The notes below the pieces were generated by a model. It saw only the letters and a list, made by a program, of their open reading frames with translations. It did no database searches and was not told the origin of the DNA. A stretch of DNA of 64,000 nt from an uncultured Gammaproteobacteria bacterium (GTDB lineage Bacteria > Patescibacteriota > Microgenomatia > UBA8517), in NCBI GenBank assembly GCA_964427735.1, contig CAYRUS010000002.1, forward strand, positions 131,734 to 195,733, given 5' to 3'. The position numbers were made by a program, and so were the translations under genes. Below are positions 27,134 through 40,085 of the stretch, piece by piece (position 1 is the first letter of the stretch; each line of letters starts with the position of its first letter).

Positions 27134-27327
27134 TTATTAATTATATCATTTTAAGAAAAGCCTGTTAAAATGATAAAGGCTCTAAAAACTAGATCATATA
27201 AAATCAAAACATATCACTTTAATTTCCGCATGGACAATTCTTGTATAAAGTTTTCATTATTTTTAGCAGACATACTTCTAGACTGATAATTTTAGCCTCC
27301 CACAAATTCTGGATCTAAAATATTATA

Positions 27328-28419
27328 CTAAACAAAAATCTCTATTACTTTTACAAACAAAAAACTTAATGGATAACTAAAATAGAGTAAAGCTCTCCCC
27401 ATAGGTTCATAAATCATGCCTAAAATTCCTGCCATCATACCAAACACTGTAATCAATGGAATTGTCCAAAGTACCAAGGCATTAATTAGTGGTGACAAAA
27501 GGTTAAACTGACCAAATACATAATACAATATTGGAGCCACTCCTATTTGAGCTGCCAAAGTGGTAGATAAATCTTTTCTTAAAACGAGCGGCATTTTATG
27601 GATCAATCTATCTATTTTTGGTTCAAAAAGCATCATACTTGTTGTTGCAGCAAACGATAATATAAACCCTAAATCTGTTAACCAAGTGGGCCAAACAAGA
27701 AGCATTACAACTGCTGATACGACAAGTGCTCTTATTGCAGAACTAACCCTGCCTAGTGTTTGTGCAGTAAAAGCAATTGATCCCATTATTCCCGCTCTTA
27801 CAAGCGGTGCTTCTAACCCTGCAATTAGGACATAAATCCAAATTCCAAATATAGAAAACAAAACAGCACGTTTCCTAGGCAAAAATAACATGAATATTCC
27901 TAACAAAAATCCTGCCACCAGAGTTACATTCATACCCGATGCTACAACAACATGAAGCGTGCCGGTTTTTTGGAGCATTTCAAAAAAACTTTCTGGCATT
28001 GCCTCTTTTGATCCAAAAGTCACCCCACCAATAAGTGAGGCATAGGGATCTGTTAAATTTTTTTTGTAAAACGATAAAATCTTCTTCCTTAATGAATAAA
28101 GTATGGAATTAGATTCTCTATGAAACAATAATTCTGGGTCCTTAAGACTACTTTCTTCTACTACACCTTCAATTACCACATAATCTCCATAATAAACTCT
28201 TGGAATTAATGGTAAATATATTTGTAGTCCTTTTAGTTTTAGTCCTTGAGAGTTTGAATACCTAACTGGCTCTGATGTAACATTTGATCTGATTCTTATT
28301 TTATCTCCGTTATTAAATACTGGTTTTGTTGAGTTGTAACGATAACCAATTAAAATTATGAAAAACAACAATACTACAACATTTATGCCACCTATAGTCA
28401 ATTTTGTTTTTGACATCAA
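27328..28419 (-). CDS. comEC: ComEC/Rec2 DNA-uptake channel, membrane (competence) domain only
   Basis: N-terminal TM plus OB-like 'DUF4131'-type region, then a multi-TM segment 'HVVVASGMNVTLVAGFLLG...' typical of the ComEC competence domain. No MBL domain in this ORF. Confidence 0.7.
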   Translation of the reverse strand: MMSKTKLTIGGINVVVLLFFIILIGYRYNSTKPVFNNGDKIRIRSNVTSEPVRYSNSQGLKLKGLQIYLPLIPRVYYGDYVVIEGVVEESSLKDPELLFHRESNSILYSLRKKILSFYKKNLTDPYASLIGGVTFGSKEAMPESFFEMLQKTGTLHVVVASGMNVTLVAGFLLGIFMLFLPRKRAVLFSIFGIWIYVLIAGLEAPLVRAGIMGSIAFTAQTLGRVSSAIRALVVSAVVMLLVWPTWLTDLGFILSFAATTSMMLFEPKIDRLIHKMPLVLRKDLSTTLAAQIGVAPILYYVFGQFNLLSPLINALVLWTIPLITVFGMMAGILGMIYEPMGRALLYFSYPLSFLFVKVIEIFV

Positions 28420-28454
28420 TACATTTCTAACACCAAGTTATAAGTTTTTAAGTT

Positions 28455-29120
28455 TTAGTAGACTGAAAACAAATCTTTATTTCTCTCATAAACATTTGTT
28501 TTCAAAATCTTCTTTTGTAAGAGTTCTTCTACAGATGAGTACGGTCTGTGTTCAATTATGCTTTTGGCTGTAACTGGGCCAATTCCCCACAGGTCTTCTA
28601 ATTTTGATTGACTTGCTTCGTTTATGTTCACTTTTTCTTCGGTTTGTCCTAAAATAGTGGTTGATGTTGTTTGATCCCCTCCTGTATTGTTAGCACTCGC
28701 CTCTTGTGACTGCTCATTAAATTTTTTTATGTATACTTTTTGTCCATCTGTTAGTTTAGCTGCACGGTTTATAGTTTTTGCTATCCACTCAATATCAGCG
28801 TCATTATTTATCCCACCTGCGGCTTCAAGTGCTTCTTCTATTCTTGATTCTAGGGGCAATTCATAAACTCCCGGTTTGTTAACTGCACCGGAAACTTCGA
28901 CAACTATTTTCCCTGTTGTTTCTTCTGCCTCAACTGATTCATCTATTATTTGAATTTCATCTTCTGCAGAGTTTTGATTATGGATAGAGGAGAATATTCC
29001 CGTTCCAGTTAGAAGTATCCCAATCAGAAAAAATACAACAGCGGGAAGATTTTGAGAGGCAAAGGAAAGAGGATTAAATTTTTCGTTATTATCATCGAAG
29101 TACTCAAACTCCTCTGCCAT
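28455..29120 (-). CDS. comEA: competence protein ComEA (SLBB + helix-hairpin-helix DNA-binding)
   Basis: N-terminal TM, 'KIVVEVSGAVNKPGVYELPLESRIEEALEAAGG' (SLBB-like), C-terminal 'INEASQSKLEDLWGIGPVTAKSIIEHRP' HhH motif. Confidence 0.75.
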   Translation of the reverse strand: MAEEFEYFDDNNEKFNPLSFASQNLPAVVFFLIGILLTGTGIFSSIHNQNSAEDEIQIIDESVEAEETTGKIVVEVSGAVNKPGVYELPLESRIEEALEAAGGINNDADIEWIAKTINRAAKLTDGQKVYIKKFNEQSQEASANNTGGDQTTSTTILGQTEEKVNINEASQSKLEDLWGIGPVTAKSIIEHRPYSSVEELLQKKILKTNVYERNKDLFSVY

Positions 29121-29316
29121 TAATTTATATTAATACGAAAGTTTTTAGGGAGTAAAGAAGATGATTTTAAATTGCCAAAAAAACAAAGGAAATATTTGAA
29201 TTCTGTGGCTTAAATCCTACTCCCCTCCCAAATCTAGACTAAAATTCTTTAGGTTTTCAAAGGTTCTCTCTGACTGCAGATAGGAAGGCTTTAAAGATAA
29301 GGCACAATACAAATTC

Positions 29317-30312
29317 TCAAGGTCTAACTTTTACGTATGCGAGTGATGGATTAGTTTCTACAGATGTTGCCTCTTCTTGGACCTTATCGTCAAGTAATGG
29401 AAGTTCAGATCCTGAATATATATGGTAATTGATATTTCCAATTTCCACTGTACCTAACTTGACCACAGTAAATTCATTATTTTTTCTCTGCCCTAATCCA
29501 TAAATTTCATAATCTTGTGGTTTGAACATTGGGTTTCTATCATCCTGGTACTTGACTCTGTTCCTGTTCAGCATATCCCTAACTCCTTCAGAATCAAATA
29601 AATACTTTGTTATTTCAAATTTACCAATTTTTTGTCTTCCTGCATGTTGAATGTAATTTAAATACTTGTCCCCATATCCTGCGAACTGTAACAAATCCTG
29701 AGCTGAAGCTGGTTCAGGAAACATCAGGTAATTTAGCACAAAAGCTTTCTCCGGTTCAAACCAGCTAAAACGACCTCTGCTTTTAATACTTGAATTATAA
29801 TGACAATCAATAAAATCACTATCAAAAATGGTTGCTCCACCCCAATGGAAATATATATACCTGAGACTCCAAATCCCTTCCTTAAATCCAATCAAGTTTA
29901 CTTCCATATTAACATCCCTTGCTGAAGAAGAGAAAGCATTCACATAAAGAGAATTATAATGGTCAGCAATGATATATGTATCACCTATACTTTCACTCCT
30001 ATGTAGGATATCAGCCTCTCCACCTAAATCGTAATGGCTGATTCCTCTTTCCCAAGACTTTATTCTATAATCTTTAGGAGAATTGACGATTCCCAACATA
30101 GACCTGAAGTGTTGTGTGGTTGTATTGGAGTATCTGAGCAATTCTGGAAGTTTCACTGCACCCGCAGCTTTCTCTTTTAGTATTGGTTTGTTTGATTCTG
30201 CTACCCCAAAGTATCCTAAATCTAGTACAGATTCACAAACTTGTACTGCTATTTCGTGATTTGAGAGAACATTTTCTTTTTTGTTCCCTCTTTCTATTAA
30301 CCTTCTCAACAT
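29317..30312 (-). CDS. hypothetical protein (331 aa)
   Basis: Long intact ORF; no family recognised. Confidence 0.45.
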   Translation of the reverse strand: MLRRLIERGNKKENVLSNHEIAVQVCESVLDLGYFGVAESNKPILKEKAAGAVKLPELLRYSNTTTQHFRSMLGIVNSPKDYRIKSWERGISHYDLGGEADILHRSESIGDTYIIADHYNSLYVNAFSSSARDVNMEVNLIGFKEGIWSLRYIYFHWGGATIFDSDFIDCHYNSSIKSRGRFSWFEPEKAFVLNYLMFPEPASAQDLLQFAGYGDKYLNYIQHAGRQKIGKFEITKYLFDSEGVRDMLNRNRVKYQDDRNPMFKPQDYEIYGLGQRKNNEFTVVKLGTVEIGNINYHIYSGSELPLLDDKVQEEATSVETNPSLAYVKVRP

Positions 30313-30549
30313 AACCGGGGAAATTATATTATAGAGTACGGTGAAATTCTACTCTCATACTTTTTAAGTGATTAAATTACAAATTAACCTGCCTCTACGG
30401 TACAGATAAATAAATTTGCTCAATTCTTGAGTTCTTAAATATTTGGGTTTGAAACCAAAACTTTTAATTTTAATTTCAAATGTTGGATATCTTTTAATTA
30501 TCAGAAGCGTTGATCGTAATATAATTTATATTTTAATCCTTGTTTGTTA

Positions 30550-30906
30550 TTACTCTTCACTAGTATCTGGAGTGTCATCGAAAACAATTTCTTCTACTTC
30601 GGGATATATTTCTAATACTTCTTCCCCTCCCTCGGGAGTTACAGTCAATATCTCTAGTACTTCAAGAACACGACCTTTATTATCAATGATTATTTCAAAT
30701 TCCTTATCACCATAACGAATAATCATTGGTTTACCCTCCTCGAAAGAGAGTCCGTCAAGCAATTCATCAAGATGCGTTAAAACATACTCAGAGTCAACTT
30801 CATCTTCTGATCCAAATTTTTCTCTAAGCCCTTCATCAAAATCAGATAACCTTTCTGCCATAATATAATATTTTATCACAATAGCACAAAATTGACACTT
30901 ATACAA
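30550..30906 (-). CDS. small acidic hypothetical protein (118 aa)
   Basis: Intact ORF; highly acidic. Confidence 0.35.
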   Translation of the reverse strand: MYKCQFCAIVIKYYIMAERLSDFDEGLREKFGSEDEVDSEYVLTHLDELLDGLSFEEGKPMIIRYGDKEFEIIIDNKGRVLEVLEILTVTPEGGEEVLEIYPEVEEIVFDDTPDTSEE

Positions 30907-31019
30907 AAATTGTATCCTTTAGATCTCTGTCTAACAGATTTTGTACTGCAGATTCTCGTTTTCTCTTGCTAGGCTCCTTTATCTTCTGCCTTGATTGGCA
31001 AATAGGTACTGTTGTATCC

Positions 31020-31520
31020 TCAAATCCATAAGTGAGACTCTAAAAGTTTTTCGTCATTCCACTCTTCTTGAAGTAGTTGAGGAGTATAGATATCTCTTTT
31101 TTCAGCGAAAATGGTGTTTAGATTGCGAATATATTTTGCTGCTTGATCTTTAAATTTTTTATGTTCACCTTCGTATTTACTATTAGAATCACTTTTTATT
31201 GACTCTGGAGTGATACCAAAATATACATTAGGATATACTTGCTCGTTTAAAAATAATGCAGACTGAAGCAAGAGTGATGTAAATGTCACTTTCTGATCCG
31301 TTTCTTTTAATAATCTATAGGAAACGATAAGTAATGACTGTCCAATATTATCTTTAAATAAATTTTGACGGAAAGGCTCAAATCCCTGCTGAATCCTAGA
31401 TATTAAAGTCCGTTCAGCTCGTGACAGATCTTCTTCAAATTCCTCTAACCTGCCAGGTATTAAAATTATGTCATCCTCACGTCGGAACTTTTCTGAATGA
31501 TTTGCTGAATTTTCAGTCAT
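31020..31520 (-). CDS. hypothetical protein (166 aa)
   Basis: Intact ORF. Confidence 0.4.
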   Translation of the reverse strand: MTENSANHSEKFRREDDIILIPGRLEEFEEDLSRAERTLISRIQQGFEPFRQNLFKDNIGQSLLIVSYRLLKETDQKVTFTSLLLQSALFLNEQVYPNVYFGITPESIKSDSNSKYEGEHKKFKDQAAKYIRNLNTIFAEKRDIYTPQLLQEEWNDEKLLESHLWI

Positions 31521-31696
31521 GGGAGTATGTTATAAGGTAAATCATTCTGGATCAATACTTAAGTTACTCGAAACCTTGTGAAGAGTATCCCTGTCAGCCG
31601 ACAGTAAGGCTGTAAAGATATTCACTATTAAGTAGTTTCACTGATCCAGATATAACTGAAAAAAAGTAATAGCTCCAACCATTTAAAGGTCAATAC

Positions 31697-34378
31697 CTAC
31701 CTCACAACAAAATTAACCAACTTCCCAGGCACGAAGATTGTATCTTTTACTTCAACACCATTTAAATAACTTGATACATTATCGATACTTCTCACCTCAT
31801 TCAATACAAACTCTTTATCCACTGCCTTATCTCTTGGCAAATCAAGCTGACCTCGTAGCTTACCATTAACCTGAACAACTACAGTCGCAATATCATCTTT
31901 AGTTAACTCCGGGTCATAATCTGGCCATTTGGATGTATGTACACTATTCTCATGCCCTAGTTTCTCTCTCCATAACTCTTCAGCCATAAAAGGTGCAAAT
32001 GGTGCTATAAGTTGTGCTAATGCAGCCAAAGCTTCTTTTAAGCTGGATGGGTTATTTTCATCGGTGGATTGATGATCTGAACTAGAAAATTCACGTATTG
32101 TATTTACTAACTCCATAATTGCTGATATTGCAGTGTTGTATTTAAATTGGTGTAAATCACTGGTTACCTTTTTTATAGTTTGGTGTAGTTTGATATTTAA
32201 TATGCGATTTTCTTCTTTTGTCAAAACCTTATTTTCAAGGTCATCATATAAATTCCAAACCCTCATCAAAAATCTATTCATTCCTTCTATCCCTGTATCT
32301 CTAAAATCTCCACCTTGATCATAAGGACCTAAAAACATCAAATAGGTTCTTAGTGTATCAGCACCAAACTTTTCAATATATTCATCAGGGTTTATTACGT
32401 TTCCCCTGGATTTACTCATTTTTGCACCTTCAGCAATTATTAGTCCATGGCTAAAAAGGAATGGAAATGGTTCTTCAAAATCAATATATCCCCAATCATT
32501 TAATGCCATTGTGACAAATCTTGAATACAAAAGATGTAAAACAGCATGCTCTGCACCACCAATATACGAATGTACAGGTAACCATTTTTTTGTGATTTCT
32601 TTATTAAAAGGATCTTTATTGCTTTTCCATTCCTCTGATTTCAAATTTGGATATGCCAAGAAGTACCACGAACTATCTAAAAATGTATCAGACACTTCCA
32701 TCTCTCTTACTGCCTTCCCTCCGCACTCTGGACACTTTGTATATTTCCATTCCTCAGGAGCATTACTTAATGGTGTGGTTCCATCTCCTTTAGGTTTAAA
32801 GTCTTCTATGTCTGGCAGGACGACTGGTAACTGATCCTCTGGTACAGAATACCAACCCGACATTTCACTTTTCTCTCCTTTGCCTTCTTGATTACAATTT
32901 TCGCAAAAGATCATAGGAATTGGAGGGCCCCAATATCTTTGTCTGGATATCAACCAATCACGTAAGTGATAATTTACTTCTTTATCTGCCCAATCTTCGT
33001 TTTCTACTATCTTTTCTCGAGCCTCGGTACTGCTCATTCCAGAATATTTACCTGAATCAACCAACTCGCCTTCACCATCATATGGCAATTCTTCATCGCT
33101 TTTTATTACTTGCTGTATTTTTAAGTTATACTTACTTGCAAATTCAAAATCTCTCTCGTCGTGTGCAGGGACTCCCATTACTACTCCTGTTCCATAATCC
33201 ATAAGTACATAATCAGCCACGTAAACAGGAATTTCTGCACCATCTGCGGGATTTTTAGCCTTAATTCCTGAATCGACTCCAGTTTTTTCTTTTTCTCCTT
33301 CTTTACGCTCTTGATCTGATTTATTAAGTGCCTGGTCAATATATCTAACTACATCTTTTCTATTGTTTTCTGGAACATATTCCATCAAATATTCTTTCGC
33401 AAACTCAGGAGCTACTACAATAAATGTTGATCCAAAAATAGTATCAACTCTGGTTGTAAAAGCTTCTATTGTAACTCCGGATTTTGCAATCTGGAACTTA
33501 ACCAGTACACCTTCTTTTTTCCCTATCCAATTTCTTTGGGCTGTTTTAATCTTTTCTGGCCATATCAAACCATACTTTTTTACATCATACTCGTGCATAT
33601 TCGGCAATCCATCCTTTAACCAGGATTGTAAAGTGTTATCTTGATTGTAATTATGAGTCTGCGATGCAGCCTTCCCAGACGCACTCTTTGGGTTTTTATG
33701 GGACCCAAAAGTAGAGCTGGCATGCTGTTGAGCAGACGATTGAGTACCATCTATATTCTTAAGCAGTCTCTCTGCATAATCTGTAATCCTAAAATACCAA
33801 GAGGCCATCTCACGTCTTTCAACTTTAGTTTTGCAGCGTTCGCACAATCCAGCCTCTACTTGTTCATCTGCAAGAACTGTCTTGCAGTTTGGACACCAAT
33901 TAACCATAGCAACCCCTCTATAAGCAAGCCCGTGCTTAAACATTTGAATAAAAAGCCATTGTGTCCATTTATAGTAATTTGGGTCGTATGTCTCTAAACG
34001 ATAATTCCACGCATAACCATTACCTATCGATTTGAGTTGGTTGTAGAAATTCTTTTCAGTTATTTCAGCGTTTTCTTTAGGGTGTCTACCCACTTTAATA
34101 GAATAGTTTTCGCTGTGTATTCCAAAACCATCCAACCCAATAGGCTCAAACACATCTGCTCCTTGCATTCTATTAAACCTTCCATACACATCAGCTCCAG
34201 TAAATGCGTACATATTTCCTACATGTAAACCTTCTGCTGAAGGATAAGGAAACATCATTAAGTTATAAAATGGGTTATTGGCATTTTTTAAATCCGGATG
34301 ATATAGATTTTCCTTTTGCCAGTTTTCTTTCCATTTTTTTTCTATGGACTGGTGGTCAAAATTTCTTTTTAACGTCAT
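31697..34378 (-). CDS. leuS: leucine--tRNA ligase (bacterial type) with low-complexity insertions
   Basis: 'PYPSAEGLHVGNMYAFTGADVYGRFNRMQG' (HIGH region), 'KMSKSRGN' (KMSKS), Zn-knuckle cysteines 'CPNCKT...CERCKT'; 893 aa. Confidence 0.9.
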   Translation of the reverse strand: MTLKRNFDHQSIEKKWKENWQKENLYHPDLKNANNPFYNLMMFPYPSAEGLHVGNMYAFTGADVYGRFNRMQGADVFEPIGLDGFGIHSENYSIKVGRHPKENAEITEKNFYNQLKSIGNGYAWNYRLETYDPNYYKWTQWLFIQMFKHGLAYRGVAMVNWCPNCKTVLADEQVEAGLCERCKTKVERREMASWYFRITDYAERLLKNIDGTQSSAQQHASSTFGSHKNPKSASGKAASQTHNYNQDNTLQSWLKDGLPNMHEYDVKKYGLIWPEKIKTAQRNWIGKKEGVLVKFQIAKSGVTIEAFTTRVDTIFGSTFIVVAPEFAKEYLMEYVPENNRKDVVRYIDQALNKSDQERKEGEKEKTGVDSGIKAKNPADGAEIPVYVADYVLMDYGTGVVMGVPAHDERDFEFASKYNLKIQQVIKSDEELPYDGEGELVDSGKYSGMSSTEAREKIVENEDWADKEVNYHLRDWLISRQRYWGPPIPMIFCENCNQEGKGEKSEMSGWYSVPEDQLPVVLPDIEDFKPKGDGTTPLSNAPEEWKYTKCPECGGKAVREMEVSDTFLDSSWYFLAYPNLKSEEWKSNKDPFNKEITKKWLPVHSYIGGAEHAVLHLLYSRFVTMALNDWGYIDFEEPFPFLFSHGLIIAEGAKMSKSRGNVINPDEYIEKFGADTLRTYLMFLGPYDQGGDFRDTGIEGMNRFLMRVWNLYDDLENKVLTKEENRILNIKLHQTIKKVTSDLHQFKYNTAISAIMELVNTIREFSSSDHQSTDENNPSSLKEALAALAQLIAPFAPFMAEELWREKLGHENSVHTSKWPDYDPELTKDDIATVVVQVNGKLRGQLDLPRDKAVDKEFVLNEVRSIDNVSSYLNGVEVKDTIFVPGKLVNFVVR

Positions 34379-34873
34379 GTACGTATTATATACAAAAATA
34401 GACTTATCTGCGAAATAAGAGAAAAAACTCCTCTCTTTTTGTCTTTAAAGTGTTTTTTGCGTTAATTATGTGCTTGTGCGGAAATTTATTTGCGGTTATT
34501 ATTAAGTACAATTTGTACAATTACAAAATCAGAAATAAAAATAAGTTAAAACAAAGACAAAAACTTGCTTGTTACCTATAGCTAAAAATAGTTTTCAGAA
34601 TTTTTTTGCAAGTCCAAAGCAAAAATATTACTTTTGCCCTGTTTCTTGAATTATCTTCAACCTCCAATTTGCCTAGCAGAAACACTTGTCGAGTGACAAA
34701 CTGTAAAAGTAAAAACTCATAGTTAATTTTAAATACATAGTAATAGCCTTAATATTTACCGCTTTTTGCAAATTTCAAAGAACGTTTCCAGTTTTTTTAG
34801 GAATATTTGGAAAAATTTCCTAAATTAATGAAAAAATGCTGAAAAGGAATATGTCTAAATATATATAAGTATA

Positions 34874-37393
<2,520 letters not shown>

Positions 37394-37412
37394 GATATTT
37401 ACTTATATAGAT

Positions 37413-38870
37413 TTACATATTTTGTTGTATTATCAGTTGGTCATCTTGTTTCAAATAATTAACTAAATCCATAAAATTTTCGTGTTTCTCCAATAGATTG
37501 TCTACTGACTCTTTATAAGTTTTATCTGAATAATATTTTGATATAATCATATTCATATGATTTTTCATTTTGGCTATCTCCGTTTCAGCCCAAATATTTG
37601 CCCACAGACCGGCTAGCATAAGAGTATTTATGTTATTTGGGATAATTGTTGTTGGCGACTGGTTAAAATAAGCATAAATTTTGTCACCCATGTCGAGAAT
37701 CCTTCTGGTCTCCTCTCCTATCTCTGCTCCAAAGTGCATAAATTGGGTCATTCTATCGTGCTTAACTAAAAAACTACTAATCTCTCTACTCATGCTTCTA
37801 CTAAGCGGTCTTTGAGTATTGTGACCAACTCTAGTGACAGACAAGAATGGATTTACTGCAGGTCTTCGACCCTTATCAAATAAATCAATATCAAAATATA
37901 TGTGTCCATCAGTCATCGCCATCAAATTAGTTTGAATGTAATCTGACAAATTTCCTAGTACTGAATCTGCAATTGGAAGACAGGTAATTGACCCTTTATC
38001 AAAATTGCCTGCTCGCTCAAGCAACTTTGCATGGATATAAAAAATGTCTCCTGGGTAGGAACTTCTACCTGGAAACTTTTTAGCAAGCAAAGAGATTTCT
38101 CGATAATTTTTTGCATGAGCAGTAAGATCATCAAGAACTAACAAAACATCAAGCCCTCTATCTCTAAAATATTCCGCAATTGTCATTGCTGTATAAGGTG
38201 TAAAATGTATGGTTCCCGGAGGATCAGATGAACGAGAAGAAACTACGATTGATTTATCTGCAACACCAGATTTTTCGAGAGTCCTTAAAACAGAGTCAAT
38301 ATCCGTAGATCTTTTCCCGATAAGTGCATAAATACAAACTACACCATTATTCGCTTGAGAAATAATAGTCTGAAGTAAAAAACTACTTTTACCTGTACCT
38401 TTGTCACCTATTACAAGTTCCCTTTGCCCTTTAGCAAGCGGTACAATTACATCTACAACACTTACACCAGTATCAAGTGGTTTCTCTACTTGCTTCCTGT
38501 TCATTAAAGGAGGTGGTTCAATATCAATTGCTCTCATCTCAACATTACTGATACTCTTCTCTGATATTACTTTGCCAAACACATCAACATGACATCCTAG
38601 AAGGTCAGCACTCACTTGTGCTTCCACCATTTTTGTACTTCTAGCTGCTTTTTGTCCAACACTAACCTGGTCACCTGATATAAACAAAACTTGTACATAA
38701 TCTTCATTTATACCAATAGATTGCCCTATACTTTCGTTCTCAAAATAGATAATTTCTCCTATGCGTACACCTGGAAGTCCTCTAACATAAATAACTGAGT
38801 GTATAATTTGATCCACAGTACCTATTTCTTTTGTTGACTCCAATAGTTTTTGAAAATTATTAGCGATCAT
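37413..38870 (-). CDS. atpA: F-type ATP synthase alpha subunit
   Basis: Walker A 'GDKGTGKS', 485 aa, operon position. Confidence 0.9.
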   Translation of the reverse strand: MIANNFQKLLESTKEIGTVDQIIHSVIYVRGLPGVRIGEIIYFENESIGQSIGINEDYVQVLFISGDQVSVGQKAARSTKMVEAQVSADLLGCHVDVFGKVISEKSISNVEMRAIDIEPPPLMNRKQVEKPLDTGVSVVDVIVPLAKGQRELVIGDKGTGKSSFLLQTIISQANNGVVCIYALIGKRSTDIDSVLRTLEKSGVADKSIVVSSRSSDPPGTIHFTPYTAMTIAEYFRDRGLDVLLVLDDLTAHAKNYREISLLAKKFPGRSSYPGDIFYIHAKLLERAGNFDKGSITCLPIADSVLGNLSDYIQTNLMAMTDGHIYFDIDLFDKGRRPAVNPFLSVTRVGHNTQRPLSRSMSREISSFLVKHDRMTQFMHFGAEIGEETRRILDMGDKIYAYFNQSPTTIIPNNINTLMLAGLWANIWAETEIAKMKNHMNMIISKYYSDKTYKESVDNLLEKHENFMDLVNYLKQDDQLIIQQNM

Positions 38871-38882
38871 AAATATATCTTT

Positions 38883-39347
38883 CTATTGTTTATTCTTAAC
38901 ATCTGTATCATTTTTAACTTCCTGATGCATAATATTTGCAACTTTCTTTCCCAGAGAATAATCACCGTACATACCTTTGTACTCAAAGATCGCACCTGCT
39001 ACTAAATTGGGGTTTATTTTTATATCAAGTATAAATTTACTTTTTAATGCTTCTTGAAATTTTGCATATATTTTATCTACTTCCCTTTTCGATGGCTCAT
39101 AAGCCAAAGTTACAGTCAGTTTCTCTAACTTTGATAATTCTTCTGCCAAATCAGTTAAAAATTTTTCTTTATCTTTTTGAGCAGTAAAATCATCTTTTAT
39201 TGCATCATAAACCCAAAATCGAACTTTACTCTCAAGAGATTCAGCCAGATCTTCTTGGTATAAACTTTCTTTTAAAGTTTGAATTTCTTCAAGAAGAATC
39301 TGCACATCATTCCTAGTTTTAATTTTTTCAAATATTTGTAAGTACAT
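38883..39347 (-). CDS. atpH: F-type ATP synthase delta (OSCP) subunit
   Basis: Size and operon position between b and alpha; helical OSCP-like. Confidence 0.65.
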   Translation of the reverse strand: MYLQIFEKIKTRNDVQILLEEIQTLKESLYQEDLAESLESKVRFWVYDAIKDDFTAQKDKEKFLTDLAEELSKLEKLTVTLAYEPSKREVDKIYAKFQEALKSKFILDIKINPNLVAGAIFEYKGMYGDYSLGKKVANIMHQEVKNDTDVKNKQ

Positions 39348-40005
39348 CTCTCTTAAATTCCTCTACTGATTCATTTACAATTTTTTCGTGATCTTTTTTA
39401 TTGATCTCTTCTGATATTATTTGCATAATAATTTTTTGACTTAGTTGAGAAACTGTTTTCTCAAATTCCTGAATTCGTTGTTTTTTGTAAGATTGAATTT
39501 CTTTATTAGCTTCAACTTGAAGTCTTTCAAATAATTGTTTAGTTTCCTTGGCAGCATTTGATATCTCTTGTTTAAAAATTTTAACACCTTCATCTGAACT
39601 ATCAGCCATAGATTGCTGCAACTGACTTGATACATTTTGAACCGCTTTTATAACTTCTGTTTTAATTTGAGATAGTTCATTTTTATACTCATCTAAATAA
39701 CTTTCTGTTGCTTGACTGACAAGAGCATTTATTTGCTCTGATTCTCCCCGAACTAACTTTGATGCATCGGTAAGCATTTGTTGAGACTTTTGATGTGCCT
39801 CATTAATCAACCTATCTGACTCAATTCGTGCTTGATTTATAATATCTCTAGCCTTTTCTTCAGCCTGATTATTTTCATCTCTTAGCTTATTACTTTGATC
39901 ATTTAATTTACCTTGAAGCTTAAAGTACTGAATTAAAACCAAAGCCAATAAAATTCCAAATACAGAAACCAAGAGTATAAATAGGTAGATTATTGTAGAT
40001 TGCAT
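39328..40005 (-). CDS. atpF: F-type ATP synthase subunit b
   Basis: Single N-terminal TM 'IIYLFILLVSVFGILLALVLI', then a long charged coiled-coil; position at the head of the F1 genes. Confidence 0.65.
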   Translation of the reverse strand: MQSTIIYLFILLVSVFGILLALVLIQYFKLQGKLNDQSNKLRDENNQAEEKARDIINQARIESDRLINEAHQKSQQMLTDASKLVRGESEQINALVSQATESYLDEYKNELSQIKTEVIKAVQNVSSQLQQSMADSSDEGVKIFKQEISNAAKETKQLFERLQVEANKEIQSYKKQRIQEFEKTVSQLSQKIIMQIISEEINKKDHEKIVNESVEEFKRDVLTNI

Positions 40006-40085
40006 GTATTTCTATTTAATAAGCTCTATTGAATAAATGCAAGTAGAGTTGATACTTAGTCTAAAAGTAATTTATATTGCTTTAA

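Noticed and set aside
31697-34378. Low-complexity insertions in LeuRS (e.g. 'SSAQQHASSTFGSHKNPKSASGKAASQTHNYNQDN', 'KSDQERKEGEKEKTGVDSGIKAKNPADGAE')
   Set aside because: Lineage-specific insertions in LeuRS connective and editing regions are common. Nothing suggests a separate domain or an intein (no Cys/Ser...His-Asn splice junctions).
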